Below are positions 10,076 to 20,367 of a stretch of 64,000 nucleotides of DNA, piece by piece. Numbering within the stretch: the stretch's first letter is position 1; every line of letters begins with the position of its first letter. The notes below the pieces were generated by a model. That model had not been told where the DNA came from. It made no database searches and was given only the letters and a program-made list of their open reading frames with translations. The position numbers and the translations under genes were made by a program. The DNA is from Sumerlaeia bacterium (GTDB lineage: Bacteria > Sumerlaeota > Sumerlaeia > SLMS01 > JAHLLQ01), in the NCBI GenBank assembly GCA_040219255.1, contig JAVJSW010000077.1, positions 1 to 64,000 of the forward strand. The letters are read 5' to 3'.

Positions 10076-10909
10076 TCAAGCAGTTTTACCGCTGTAAACG
10101 CGGGTCGCCGGACCCTCTAAAAAAATTCCCGAGATCGCTTGCGAATCCGTGAATCGCACACCGACCCGCAACGTGTCATTTAAATTTGGACGCAAAATCA
10201 AGTCGGCCTCCCGCGATTGGGTCAGAAGCGCGTGGCTGATCGTGGTGGCCACGGCTCCCGTTCCACAGGCCAGCGTCTCTCCCTCGACTCCTCGTTCGTA
10301 GGTTCGCAGCCGCATCGAACCGTCATCCTGCAAGGCACAGAAGTTCACGTTCGTGCCGGCCGGCGCGAATCGCGGATGAAACCGCAGGGCCCGCCCATGG
10401 CGCGCCACGTCGATGCCCTCGATTTCGCCCCCGTCCACCGGCAGCACCAGATGGGGCACGCCAGCCGTCAGGAAATGACCGTGCCATCTTTGGCCTTCGG
10501 TCTCCAGGTCCACATTGAGGATGGCCGGTTGCATGTCGGGAAAGAAGACGCGGATGCGTTCGGGCTCGATGGCTTCCGCGCGATAGATCCCGGCGCCGGT
10601 CTCGAAGGTCATGGCGCCCGAGGCCGCCCCCATGAACTGGGCGTAGGCGCAGATGCAGCGGGCTCCGTTGCCGCACATTTCCGCTTCGCTGCCGTCGCCG
10701 TTGAAATATTCCATGCGAAAATGATGAGCGGGATCGTTCGGTGCTTGCAGAAGCATGAGGCCATCGGCTCCAATGCCTCGGCGCCGATCGCAGAGAAAGC
10801 GGATCGTCGCCGTCCTCTCGGCCCGATCGGCGGGAAAGGTGCGCCGCCGGTCGTCGATCACCACGAAGTCATTGCCAGCGCCTTGATATTTTGAGAACTC
10901 GAAACTCAT
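10076..10909 (-). CDS. dapF: Diaminopimelate epimerase
   Basis: KYQGAGNDF, GIGADG, EMCGNGARC, YERGVEGETLACGTG. Confidence 0.96.
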   Translation of the reverse strand: MSFEFSKYQGAGNDFVVIDDRRRTFPADRAERTATIRFLCDRRRGIGADGLMLLQAPNDPAHHFRMEYFNGDGSEAEMCGNGARCICAYAQFMGAASGAMTFETGAGIYRAEAIEPERIRVFFPDMQPAILNVDLETEGQRWHGHFLTAGVPHLVLPVDGGEIEGIDVARHGRALRFHPRFAPAGTNVNFCALQDDGSMRLRTYERGVEGETLACGTGAVATTISHALLTQSREADLILRPNLNDTLRVGVRFTDSQAISGIFLEGPATRVYSGKTA

Positions 10910-10980
10910 GACATTCCCTTGGATGTGGAGACTCTCCGCCCGCCGAAGCGAACGCTCTCCCTAGGATTAACCGGATCGAA

Positions 10981-11961
10981 ATGAAACACGTCTTCTGCCT
11001 CCTTCTCCTCGGTTCAGCCCTCATGATGCAGGGCTGCATCAACATTCCCTTCGACGCCTTCCTGCCGCCCAGCGTGGGTCAGGTGACCTATCGCGAAGGC
11101 AAGGACAAGAACAAGATCGCCATCGTCGACATCAGCGGCCCCATCACGATGGGCATCGGGGAAGAATCGGTCTTCAACCCGGTAACCGACTCCGTGGTGG
11201 ACCTGGCGAACAAGCTGGCCGTGGCCCAGGAAGACCCGAACGTCAAAGCGCTCATCGTCCGCGTCGATTCCCCCGGCGGAGGCGTCACCGCCAGCGACGT
11301 CATGTACAAGCAACTCAAGGCGTTCCGCGAGGATAAAAAAATCCCCGTCTACGTCAGCATGGTCAACCTGGCGGCCTCGGGAGGCTATTATGTCAGCATG
11401 GCCGCTGACAAGGTTTATGCACACCCCACCACCGTCACCGGCTCTATCGGCGTGATCGCCACCTTTCCGGAGGCCAGCGGCCTGATGAACAAAATCGGTC
11501 TCGATTTCCATGCCGTCACCACCGGCCCCTATAAGGACGCCGGCGCGTTCTACCGCGAATGGACCCCGCAAGACCGCCAGTACTATCAGGTCATCGTCGA
11601 CGATATGTTCGAACGGTTCCTCGCCGTGGTGCGGGAAGGCCGCCCCGGCATGGAGCAGGACGCCATCCGCAAAGCCGCCGACGGCCGTGTCTATACGGCC
11701 CAACAGGCGCTGGAGCTGGGTCTGATCGACGGCATTCTCTACCTCGACGACGTGATCGCGGAGGCCAAGAAGACCGTCGGCGGGGATCCCTCCGTGGTGC
11801 TGATCGCCCGCAGCCGCCGCAACACCGTGGAGACCGCCTATGCCCAGACCCGGGCGGGCGATACAGCCCAGCCCCGAACCCAAGTCAACCTCTTGAATGT
11901 GGACTTGCATAAAGCCTTTGTCGTTCCCCAGGAGCCCTTTCAATACATTTGGGTTCCGTAA
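10981..11961 (+). CDS. sppA: Signal peptide peptidase SppA (S49), lipoprotein
   Basis: Lipobox MQGC; VDSPGG, AASGGYY, TGSIGV motifs. Confidence 0.92.
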   Translation: MKHVFCLLLLGSALMMQGCINIPFDAFLPPSVGQVTYREGKDKNKIAIVDISGPITMGIGEESVFNPVTDSVVDLANKLAVAQEDPNVKALIVRVDSPGGGVTASDVMYKQLKAFREDKKIPVYVSMVNLAASGGYYVSMAADKVYAHPTTVTGSIGVIATFPEASGLMNKIGLDFHAVTTGPYKDAGAFYREWTPQDRQYYQVIVDDMFERFLAVVREGRPGMEQDAIRKAADGRVYTAQQALELGLIDGILYLDDVIAEAKKTVGGDPSVVLIARSRRNTVETAYAQTRAGDTAQPRTQVNLLNVDLHKAFVVPQEPFQYIWVP

Positions 11962-12074
11962 GTGGCCCGCCTTTGGCTCACTGAACAAAGGAAACGTTGC
12001 GTTGCGATGAGGGTTTCGTTAGGTCTTGGCCGCTCCCGATCCCGCCAGCGCCGTCTTGAATACGAGGTTCGCCC

Positions 12075-13007
12075 ATGTCCTGGTTCCGCCGTCCCACCCC
12101 CGAGTACATCCCCATCGCCCCGCCCCAGTCCCGCGAACGCATCCCCAAGGACATGTGGCACAAGTGCCCGAACCTGGATTGCGGCCACATCATGCGCCAG
12201 AAGGAATGGGTGGCCAATTGGCGCGTCTGTCCCGAATGCGGCCAGCACGGGCGTCTGACCGCCGATGAGCGCATCCAGCTCCTGGTCGATCGCAATAGCT
12301 TCACCGAGACGCACACCAACCTGGTCAGCGCCGATCCGCTGAAATTCGAAGACTCGAAAAAATACAGTGATCGCATCGAGGCCGCCCGCAAGAAGACCGG
12401 CCGCAACGACGCCGTGGTGACCGGCTCGGGATCGATCGGCGAAGTGCCCGTTTCCCTCGCCGTCATGGACTTCTTCTTCATGGGCGGTTCCATGGGCAGC
12501 GTGGTCGGTGAGAAAATCGCCCGCGCCATGGAGCAAGCCATCGCCGACGAATGTCCCTGCATCACCGTCGCCAGCACCGGAGGCGCCCGCATGCAGGAAG
12601 GTATCCTCTCACTGATGCAGCTCGCGAAGACCTCGATCCTCTGCAAGCGCATGCAGGACAAGGGCATTCCCTACATCTCTATTCTGGCCGATCCGTCGAC
12701 GGCGGGCGTGATGGCCAGCTTTGCCTCGTTGGGCGATTTCATCGTGGCCGAACCGGGCGCCTACGTCGGCTTCGCTGGCCGCCGCGTCATCGAACAGACC
12801 ATCCGCCAAAGCCTGCCCGCCGGGTTCCAGACCGCCGAATTCGTCCGCGATCACGGTTTCATCGACATTGTCTGCCCGCGCCTGGAAATGCGCGAGAAAC
12901 TCGGAACGCTGCTGCGCCAAATCACCGGCCGGGCTGCGATAGGCGCGGAGACTGGCGGCGGACTGCTGGCTGCGGCGGCGGCGAATGGGGCGTCGGTGAA
13001 GTCTTAA
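12075..13007 (+). CDS. accD: Acetyl-CoA carboxylase carboxyltransferase beta subunit
   Basis: Zn finger, FMGGSMGSVVGEK, GGARMQEG, FAGRRVIEQT. Confidence 0.96.
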   Translation: MSWFRRPTPEYIPIAPPQSRERIPKDMWHKCPNLDCGHIMRQKEWVANWRVCPECGQHGRLTADERIQLLVDRNSFTETHTNLVSADPLKFEDSKKYSDRIEAARKKTGRNDAVVTGSGSIGEVPVSLAVMDFFFMGGSMGSVVGEKIARAMEQAIADECPCITVASTGGARMQEGILSLMQLAKTSILCKRMQDKGIPYISILADPSTAGVMASFASLGDFIVAEPGAYVGFAGRRVIEQTIRQSLPAGFQTAEFVRDHGFIDIVCPRLEMREKLGTLLRQITGRAAIGAETGGGLLAAAAANGASVKS

Positions 13008-13141
13008 TATCTCCCTTGCTGGGCTCGCATTTTTTCTCTGATCTGAATACGAAAAATCGAGTCTGATAACGTGAGCAAAATGCAGTGGCGGACTTCGCCG
13101 AGAAGCACGCCTGCCACCGACCCGTCGATCATGAGCCTCGC

Positions 13142-13372
13142 ATGCCAACTTGTCCGTTTTGCCAATCAGATGAGCTTTATGAATGCGTAGAATCGCTTGC
13201 AGCCAATGCCCACGGCGGTCTTTTCCTGCTTCCCTATGCGGAATCCGGCGTATTCAAAGGGCCCAAAATGCGGGTCACGGTATGCGGGGGTTGCCGCGCC
13301 ATTTTCCTTTGTGCGGAGGAAGAAGCGCTCGAACAAATCCGGAAGAGAAAGAGCTGGCGCCGAGTCGAGTAG
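13142..13372 (+). CDS. Small Zn-ribbon protein
   Basis: CPFC...CGGC pairs in 76 aa. Confidence 0.6.
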   Translation: MPTCPFCQSDELYECVESLAANAHGGLFLLPYAESGVFKGPKMRVTVCGGCRAIFLCAEEEALEQIRKRKSWRRVE

Positions 13373-13394
13373 TCACGGGCAGTTCCGCAAATCG

Positions 13395-13716
13395 TTAAAT
13401 TTGCTCCCAAGTTATCGATGAAGGACGCCTCTGGACGAATCCGATCTTCTGAAATCGCCAGCTGCGACCGGATCACTTCGTGCAAAGCCAAACAAGTCTT
13501 CACGTCCTGGTGATATGCCTCGCACTCCCCCGATCGCGCCATCTGCTCAGCCTGTTCCGCCGTGTCGAAGGCAGGTTCTTGGCCCTCCAACCTCAGAACA
13601 AGGTAGCAATGCATCTCCCCCACGGTGCGGAGTTCGGCCGCGTCTCCGTCTGGGATTTCGATGCGAAACCGCTCCTCGACGGCGCGAAAGACTTCGACAA
13701 GATCAGGGCCTATCAA
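13395..13716 (-). pseudogene. Acyl-carrier-protein-like gene with permuted helix order, apparently degraded
   Basis: VEERFRIEIPDGDAAELRTVG precedes IRSQLAISEDRIRPEASFIDNLG; AGGAG RBS is 6 nt from an ATA codon; out-of-frame TAA lies right after DNLGAN. Confidence 0.55.
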
Positions 13717-13808
13717 TTGCTCCTGTCCGCAAAGGGCAGCTGGCGTCGGCTATGGCTCGCCGGTCACGGGCGGGACGCTCGTGTTACCTTGGTTTCTTTA
13801 CACTTAGC

Positions 13809-15131
13809 CTACGCCCCGGCCTCAGCCATATCCCGGTGCGCGGCGGCTTGGGCTTTGGCGTCGATCATTTCCTGCTCAAAGGCCTGGTGGATGACTTCCA
13901 CGGCACGCTTGGCGTCGGCTTCTTTGATCAGGACGCTGATCTTGATTTCACTCGTTGATATCATATCGATGTTGATGTTCGCGTCCGCCAGGGCCTTGAA
14001 CATCTTGGCGGCAACGCCGGCATGGCTCTTCATGCCGACGCCGACGGCGGAGACTTTCGCCACCGTGTCGTCGCCGGTGACCTGCCCGCCGCCCAACTCG
14101 GCCACGACGGCCTTGCTGATCTCGAGGGCCTTGCCATAATCCTTCTTCTCGACGGTGAAGGAGATGCTGTTGCGGCCGCCGCGGGCCTCTTCCTGGATAA
14201 TCATGTCCACGCTGATGTCGGCGTCCGCCAGCCCGGTGAAAACCTTGGCGGCGGTGCCGGGCACGTCGGGCAATTCCTCGAGGGTGAGGCGGGCCTCCGT
14301 GGTTTTGGGGACAACTCCACTAACGACAACGTTTTCCATGCTCTTATCCTCGGGAATGACATAGGTGCCGGGTTCATCGTGCAGGAAACTGCGCACGTGC
14401 AGCGGCACCCCGTAGTTCTTGGCGAATTCGACGGACCGGCTGTGAAGCACGCCCGCCCCTAAGCTGGCCAGTTCCAGCATTTCGTCGTAGCTGATGCGGT
14501 CGATCTTGAGCGCCGACGGCACGATGCGCGGATCGGTGGAGAAAATCCCGTCCACGTCCTTGTAAAACTCGCAGGCGTCGGCGTGCAGCGCCGCCGCCAC
14601 GGCCACCGCGCTGATGTCGCTGCCGCCACGGCCCAGGGTGGTGATGTCGCCGTTGTCGCTGACGCCCTGGAAACCCGCCACGATGGGCACCTGGCCGTTC
14701 GCGATGGCGGTGCGAAGACGGTCGCAGTTGACCTCTCGGATACGCGAGCGGCCAAAGAGTTCGTCGGTCCGGATGCCGACCTGGACACCGGTGAAGGACA
14801 TCGCGGGGACGCCGACCTGATGCAGGGCGATGGCGAAGAGCGCGATGCTCTGCATCTCGCCGGTGGCCATCAGAGCGTCCAACTCGCGCGCCGGAGAGTC
14901 CGGGTTCAGGGCCCCCGCCATGCGCAGCAGGCGGTTCGTCGTATCGCCCATGGCGGACAAAACGGCGACCACGGAGTGACCTTCGTCCCGGCTGCGTTTG
15001 ACGACTTGGGCGACGCGGCGGAATTTCTCGACGATCAGCGACGCGCCGGAGAGGTCGCTTTGGTCCGCCTCTCGGCCCTTGCCTTTGTCGCCGAGCGCAT
15101 CGCCTCCGAATTTCTGAACGATCAATGCCAT
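13809..15131 (-). CDS. lysC: Aspartate kinase (alpha/beta type, two ACT domains)
   Basis: VQKFGG, SAMGDTT, TTLGRGGSD, DVDGIFSTDPR, ISTSEIKIS. Confidence 0.95.
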   Translation of the reverse strand: MALIVQKFGGDALGDKGKGREADQSDLSGASLIVEKFRRVAQVVKRSRDEGHSVVAVLSAMGDTTNRLLRMAGALNPDSPARELDALMATGEMQSIALFAIALHQVGVPAMSFTGVQVGIRTDELFGRSRIREVNCDRLRTAIANGQVPIVAGFQGVSDNGDITTLGRGGSDISAVAVAAALHADACEFYKDVDGIFSTDPRIVPSALKIDRISYDEMLELASLGAGVLHSRSVEFAKNYGVPLHVRSFLHDEPGTYVIPEDKSMENVVVSGVVPKTTEARLTLEELPDVPGTAAKVFTGLADADISVDMIIQEEARGGRNSISFTVEKKDYGKALEISKAVVAELGGGQVTGDDTVAKVSAVGVGMKSHAGVAAKMFKALADANINIDMISTSEIKISVLIKEADAKRAVEVIHQAFEQEMIDAKAQAAAHRDMAEAGA

Positions 15132-15306
15132 AGGCGTGTGCGGTCCGGGGAGGCCTTTCAACAGATTGAACCGCCGCTCTGAACGGCGGGGAGAAAGGGT
15201 GCGGTTTTGCCACCCAGAGTCAAGGCGAGAGGGGTGTCATAGAAGGACCGCATGACACGCGAAGCCTGGTCGCGCCCGCCATTCAAGCCACCGCGCGGCG
15301 GGCCGA

Positions 15307-16578
15307 TTATTTCTTGCGGACGACCGATGCGACGAGCCCGGCCAAGAGCACTGCGGCGAGAATTCCCACTAGCACAAAACGGATGGGCAGGGGCGAGCGC
15401 TGCCGTTCGGTTACTTCGCCAACGGCAAGGGATGCGGGAGCCGGCGCCGCTGGCGCCGAGGCCGGGGCAAGCGCTGTCGGTTCCGAGCTAGCGCTGGCAG
15501 TCGGGGCGGCGGTTTCCGCTGGTGACAGTTCCACCTCGGTCACGATCTGCTCCTTGACCTGGGCCATGAGCTGCGTCGTGTCGGAAGTCTGAAAATTCGC
15601 CGTGGCCACGCCCCCAATCCGGTCGATCACAAAAACTCCGTCGGGAATGAGGAGGTCGAATTCCTCCTCCGGAATCGCGATGTTGAACTCCGCCTTCTGA
15701 ACCCGAACTTCGAACTGCTTGTCGAAGGGAAGGTGGGAACCGGGCATCGGACCGATTCGATGCTCGATACGATGGGGAAACCAGACAGAGCCGTACCGGT
15801 GGAAATCGGAGTTCTCGATGTGCCTGATGGGATAGTTCTTTTCGAAATAGCTCGTCCTCTCGACCACCTGATAGCCCTGAGCGGGATCGACCACGACCCG
15901 GGTGGAATATTCGGAGTTCGCATGGAGAGTGGTCTGGAAAATGAGAAAACCGTCCGGCGACACTTCCACAAGTTCCGCGAGCCAGCTTCCTGCCGAATCG
16001 GGGAGTCTTCCCGATTCGAGCCACTCTTCCTGAAAGCCTTCCGTGGCGGGGCGGTCGATAGTGGCCCGCCCTTTGGGAATGTCATATTGAGTATAGACAT
16101 TCCCCCGCTCCACCCAAGAACGGACGGGCATTTTCTCTTGGCTGTCCGCATCCAGCTGCCAACGATCTTTGCGATAGTTCTTTTTATCCTGATCGTAGGC
16201 CAGACGAATTACCTCGGTTCTGTGGCCGAAGGAGTCCGAATACCCGGTTCCGATCTCCCGTGTGAGTTCTTCGATTCGCGCAGTGATGGACTCGGTCAGT
16301 GAGGGGGAAAGGCTTCCCCTTTTCAACTGACGCTGATGGAGGGCAAGGCGCTCCTCGGCGTCGCTCAATTGATCCTGCGCCGACAGATACTCGACCGTTT
16401 CCAGGATCACCTCGACTTCGCCCGACCGTGCCGTGGCGAAAGAAGCGTGATTGGCCTCGACGACCTCGGGCCACGACTCGGCGGCGGCCTGCCTTGACGC
16501 GACGATGAGCAGCGCCGCGAGCAAGAGCGGGATGAGCGCGTGTCTGTGTATGCCGGTCTCTGAGAAAATCTTTCGCAT
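15307..16578 (-). CDS. Secreted LolA-like beta-rich protein with C-terminal TM anchor (paralogue of 19010-20362)
   Basis: Signal peptide; ENSDF...WFPHR...FEV...N...IPDG motif; Ala/Pro linker, TM and VRKK end. Confidence 0.7.
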   Translation of the reverse strand: MRKIFSETGIHRHALIPLLLAALLIVASRQAAAESWPEVVEANHASFATARSGEVEVILETVEYLSAQDQLSDAEERLALHQRQLKRGSLSPSLTESITARIEELTREIGTGYSDSFGHRTEVIRLAYDQDKKNYRKDRWQLDADSQEKMPVRSWVERGNVYTQYDIPKGRATIDRPATEGFQEEWLESGRLPDSAGSWLAELVEVSPDGFLIFQTTLHANSEYSTRVVVDPAQGYQVVERTSYFEKNYPIRHIENSDFHRYGSVWFPHRIEHRIGPMPGSHLPFDKQFEVRVQKAEFNIAIPEEEFDLLIPDGVFVIDRIGGVATANFQTSDTTQLMAQVKEQIVTEVELSPAETAAPTASASSEPTALAPASAPAAPAPASLAVGEVTERQRSPLPIRFVLVGILAAVLLAGLVASVVRKK

Positions 16579-16707
16579 GAGTTACTTCAATCCGCTGTCG
16601 GAGGTGGCGTATCGTCAAGTATTGTCATGCCATGCAACTATCCGCCCAACGAAAAATTGCCACTTCCCATGGAATCACATCCGTCCCTGTTAGAAGAAGC
16701 ACCAATA

Positions 16708-17460
16708 TCAGAACGGCCGCATCGCCTTCCCGCACGAGAAGCGTTCGGGGACGCTCCACTCGGCCCGCCAAACCATTTTCCAACAATGCAGCATCAGCCG
16801 ATCCGCCGACTGCTCCGGTGCATCCGGCTTGCCGTAAAGAGAGTCGCCGCAGATAGGCGCGCCGATCCACGACAAATGGACCCGAAGCTGATGCGTCCGG
16901 CCCGTATGCGGCCTCAGCATCAGCAGCGCCCGCCCCGTTTCCGGATCGGTGCTCAGAACGCGGTAGCCCGTCTGGGCCGGAAAATCCCGCTTGTCCGAAC
17001 CATCGCCCCGCGCCAGCCGCCAAAACCCGCCGCCGCCCGGCCTTGGAGCGCAGACGATGTCCTCGCGCTGGCCCGCCACACGATAGCGCCCCTTGCGCCC
17101 TGGCCTCAGCGGCAGGTCGATCACGCCGCGCGGCGGATCGGGAGCGCACGCGGTCACGGCCAGGTAGGTCTTTGAGATGGCGCGTTCGGAGAACTGGCGC
17201 GTCAGGGACTGCTGCGCCCGGCGGCTCAGAGCCACCAGGAGCACACCGCTCGTGCCCTTGTCCAGGCGGTGGACCTGGAGCGGTTTGCCCCACTTCGCTT
17301 CCGCACAGACCCGGGACAGTTCATCCCACAGGCAAGCCTCACCGGAACGGTCGGCGAGGAGCGACAGACCGGGCGGTTTGTTCAGCACCAGAAGATCGGC
17401 GTCGTGCGAGAGGATAAGGACAGAATTGACCATGAGCAGTGGCCGATTGCTCTTGTTCAT
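16708..17460 (-). CDS. RluA-family pseudouridine synthase
   Basis: NKPPGL, VHRLDKGTSG, TGRTHQLRVH, GDSLYG. Confidence 0.93.
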   Translation of the reverse strand: MNKSNRPLLMVNSVLILSHDADLLVLNKPPGLSLLADRSGEACLWDELSRVCAEAKWGKPLQVHRLDKGTSGVLLVALSRRAQQSLTRQFSERAISKTYLAVTACAPDPPRGVIDLPLRPGRKGRYRVAGQREDIVCAPRPGGGGFWRLARGDGSDKRDFPAQTGYRVLSTDPETGRALLMLRPHTGRTHQLRVHLSWIGAPICGDSLYGKPDAPEQSADRLMLHCWKMVWRAEWSVPERFSCGKAMRPF

Positions 17461-17712
17461 TGCATGGTGTCAATCAGCAACTAACGAGTACACTCTGGAG
17501 CCAGAGCAAAGTTGAAGGCTGAAAAACGCAGATTGAGGACAAGCATTGTAACTCCCAAAACTGAAGGCTCTCCCCACCAGAACCAGATCGCATTTTGTTT
17601 TCGTTCTGCTCCGCTCCGAGCCCATTCTCGGCGGCACAATATAATAAAGGCGAAACACTCGAGACTCTTGATCAAATACAGTCAATGATGCGGACGAGGG
17701 AGGCTGTCTAGA

Positions 17713-19026
17713 CTACAGCATTCTCGAATAGAAATGGACTGGGATTGGAACGGCAAACTCTTCCGATTCGCCAACGAGTTTGACCGTTGTGCTTGTTCGA
17801 AAATCGCCCACTTGAAGTAGCCTGTTCGGACGATATTTGAGGACAAGTGTCTCACCCGACTCCTGGACCGGAATTATCTCAAGCCAATCAACATCCGACT
17901 CGGTAGCAAGTATGCGTAGAGGACCTGATTTGGAACGAACTGTCACATCAACCGAGGGAGCCGATGTTTCGTCATAGCCTGAAGCTGTTCCATCGATCAA
18001 TAAATGAACCTCGCCAGGGCTCGCTTGAACCGGCCCATCATGCGTAAGAAAAACAGGAACTTTGGACAGGATACCACCTTCAACAGAACGAATCCAAATT
18101 TCGGAGTTTTCAAAACTGCTCATACTGTAGGGCTTAGCCGAAAAATGCAGTTGAAGTCCTCCATTAACAGGACGGCCTTCCTCAAATTTTACCCACCTAC
18201 CCCCAACAATTTCTACCTGTCCAAGGTCAGCCTCCGAAGAAAGCCCCTTTAGGAGGACTTCAAAATTCGAGGCCTCGCGATAATCGAGATCTTCAATTTG
18301 TATTCGACTTGGTTCGGCGGTAATTTGATAACCGACTGTAGCGTGAAGATTGAGGCTTACAAATGGAGCCCCAGGATCGCTCGTCAGAAAGAAAGCGGCA
18401 GGCTCTAAAGCGTAAGGTCCGTTCCTGTTAGGAAAATGGACGCTGAAGGTCAGATACTCCTTTTCCTGGGGGGCGATTACGGCGGGCCAGGATTCGGGCA
18501 CTGTGCATTCGCAGGGAGTTTTGGGCGACCCGATTACAATAGGAAAATTGCTATCGTTCGCTATCGGAATCCGAAACTTTATTGAGGAATCAGGTAAAAC
18601 CAGCCCGACGTCGATTTCCGTACTGAGCCGCAGAGCGCGAACGCTGCTGCCACCGCCCTCTTTAGTCACGGCAATTTCAGTAGACTGAACTTGCCCCTCT
18701 AGGCTCCAAGCAAACGCAATCCTCACATTTCGGGGCCCGATCAATTTAGACTCTATCGAAATCACCGCCTTGGTGGATTCGCCTGGACTCAAACTTGTTT
18801 TTTCTGGCGCGAAATGCCGATTCGGTTCCAAGACTATCGCGGAATTCATCGTGTTCGTAACAAGTACTACGGTATTGAACCAATCGTCACCGAGTCCATG
18901 GGAAACTACAATGGCTGGAGGTGTCAATTGTAGGTCCTTGGCTAGACTTACCGCTGAGGAAGCGCTAAGCAACAATAGGACTCCTATAATCCAGACATCG
19001 AGAGCTGTATTACTTCTTCCGAACAA
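17713..19026 (-). CDS. Secreted multi-Ig protein with DUF1573/PapD-like domain
   Basis: Signal peptide; IANDSNFPIVIGSPKTPCECT...IAPQE fits the DUF1573 N..I....CxCT...I.P pattern; further Ig-like repeats; lower GC. Confidence 0.7.
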   Translation of the reverse strand: MFGRSNTALDVWIIGVLLLLSASSAVSLAKDLQLTPPAIVVSHGLGDDWFNTVVLVTNTMNSAIVLEPNRHFAPEKTSLSPGESTKAVISIESKLIGPRNVRIAFAWSLEGQVQSTEIAVTKEGGGSSVRALRLSTEIDVGLVLPDSSIKFRIPIANDSNFPIVIGSPKTPCECTVPESWPAVIAPQEKEYLTFSVHFPNRNGPYALEPAAFFLTSDPGAPFVSLNLHATVGYQITAEPSRIQIEDLDYREASNFEVLLKGLSSEADLGQVEIVGGRWVKFEEGRPVNGGLQLHFSAKPYSMSSFENSEIWIRSVEGGILSKVPVFLTHDGPVQASPGEVHLLIDGTASGYDETSAPSVDVTVRSKSGPLRILATESDVDWLEIIPVQESGETLVLKYRPNRLLQVGDFRTSTTVKLVGESEEFAVPIPVHFYSRML

Positions 19027-20362
19027 GAAGATATCCTCCTGTGATGGCTCCTAAGCCCGCGATGGCGAAGACTAACCCCATGATAAATCCAGATGCTCCC
19101 CGAGAGGGGTTTGAACCTACGCCCGAGACAGAGTTCACTCCAGTACTTGCAGTCGTAGGACTAGTTCCGGACTCTTCATCGGCCTTGTCAGGAAGTGGAA
19201 CAGTGACGACAGTCTCCTGGGCCTCCTTCTTAACATCAAAAGCCTTAAGCGCCAATTCCGAAACCGTGAGAAATCCCTGATCGCCCTCGTTTGATCCGTC
19301 TGTCAAAAGGAAGGAAGGATCAGTTTCGAGTTTGCGGAAGGACAAAAAGTCGGTGGTTTCAAAAGGATGTATGGGAACAGTGTCTTTGATACTTTCATGC
19401 AAGGTGATAATCGTTCCGGGCGGGATCTGATAATCAACATCCGAAATGGATAGACCCCCATTGATCCGGGCTTCTTCCACTTCAAAGCTCCAAGACTCCC
19501 TTAGAGAATCCGTACCCGCCCAATATTCGATGTAATCAACCCTATGGGGAAACCACCCACCTGGCACTTGGCGAAAATCCGCGTTCTCAAGCGATGAATA
19601 CAACTTCAAAGTTCCATCATCCGCTCGAACAAACCGCTTCGTTTGAACGATTAGAAAATCATATTTTCTTGAGAATGTTACAGATTGCGTTTCGTCGCCA
19701 ATCATGATTACTTCGTTGTTATTCTCAAGCACACTCCAATCCTTGGATACAACCTTGAAAATTTCCAAGAATTCGCTGTCATTTGCGATGGCGGGGAATG
19801 TCCCGATAGACACAACGTTCTTGAGCGTTCGATCAAATTCATCAAGCAGCCCCCGGTTGCTGGTAGCCTTCATGAAAGGCGTTTCGAACTCAAAACCTAG
19901 CTTTAGCCCTTGGACCGAAATCCAAGAATCTGGTGTTTCAAGGGACTCGCTTTCATCCAATCCGTGCCTCTTTTGCAAGACTTGCTGCTCGGTTCGAGTA
20001 ATCTTATGCAGCTTGCCACACTTGATAGCTTCGATTTTGCGGGAATACTCCAGTGTGCTCTGTTGCAGATTCAACTGATGTTCAGCGACAGCATTGACAT
20101 CCGCTTCGGTGAATCGAGGATGGTCTTCTTTGATCTTTTTCTTGCGCTCAGCCAACCAAACTTCCGGATCAAGACCCACGGTCTGATGAGTTGAAAGAAT
20201 CTCAATACCTTTGACAGAAAAGCACTCACGGCCCCGCATGGAGAGTGCGTGAGAATCAATGACTTGCTTAACGTCAGTATCGGCGCTGCCATGGCTGGGA
20301 CAGAAGATCCAAACAAGAGCACCGCCGACGTAAGCCAGAATTTCAAGAAGTTGTCTACGCAT
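19010..20362 (-). CDS. Secreted LolA-like protein with C-terminal TM anchor
   Basis: Signal peptide; ENADF...WFPHR...FEV...N...IPPG; Ser/Thr linker, TM and VRKK end; lower GC. Confidence 0.7.
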   Translation of the reverse strand: MRRQLLEILAYVGGALVWIFCPSHGSADTDVKQVIDSHALSMRGRECFSVKGIEILSTHQTVGLDPEVWLAERKKKIKEDHPRFTEADVNAVAEHQLNLQQSTLEYSRKIEAIKCGKLHKITRTEQQVLQKRHGLDESESLETPDSWISVQGLKLGFEFETPFMKATSNRGLLDEFDRTLKNVVSIGTFPAIANDSEFLEIFKVVSKDWSVLENNNEVIMIGDETQSVTFSRKYDFLIVQTKRFVRADDGTLKLYSSLENADFRQVPGGWFPHRVDYIEYWAGTDSLRESWSFEVEEARINGGLSISDVDYQIPPGTIITLHESIKDTVPIHPFETTDFLSFRKLETDPSFLLTDGSNEGDQGFLTVSELALKAFDVKKEAQETVVTVPLPDKADEESGTSPTTASTGVNSVSGVGSNPSRGASGFIMGLVFAIAGLGAITGGYLLVRKK

Positions 20363-20367
20363 CTAGC

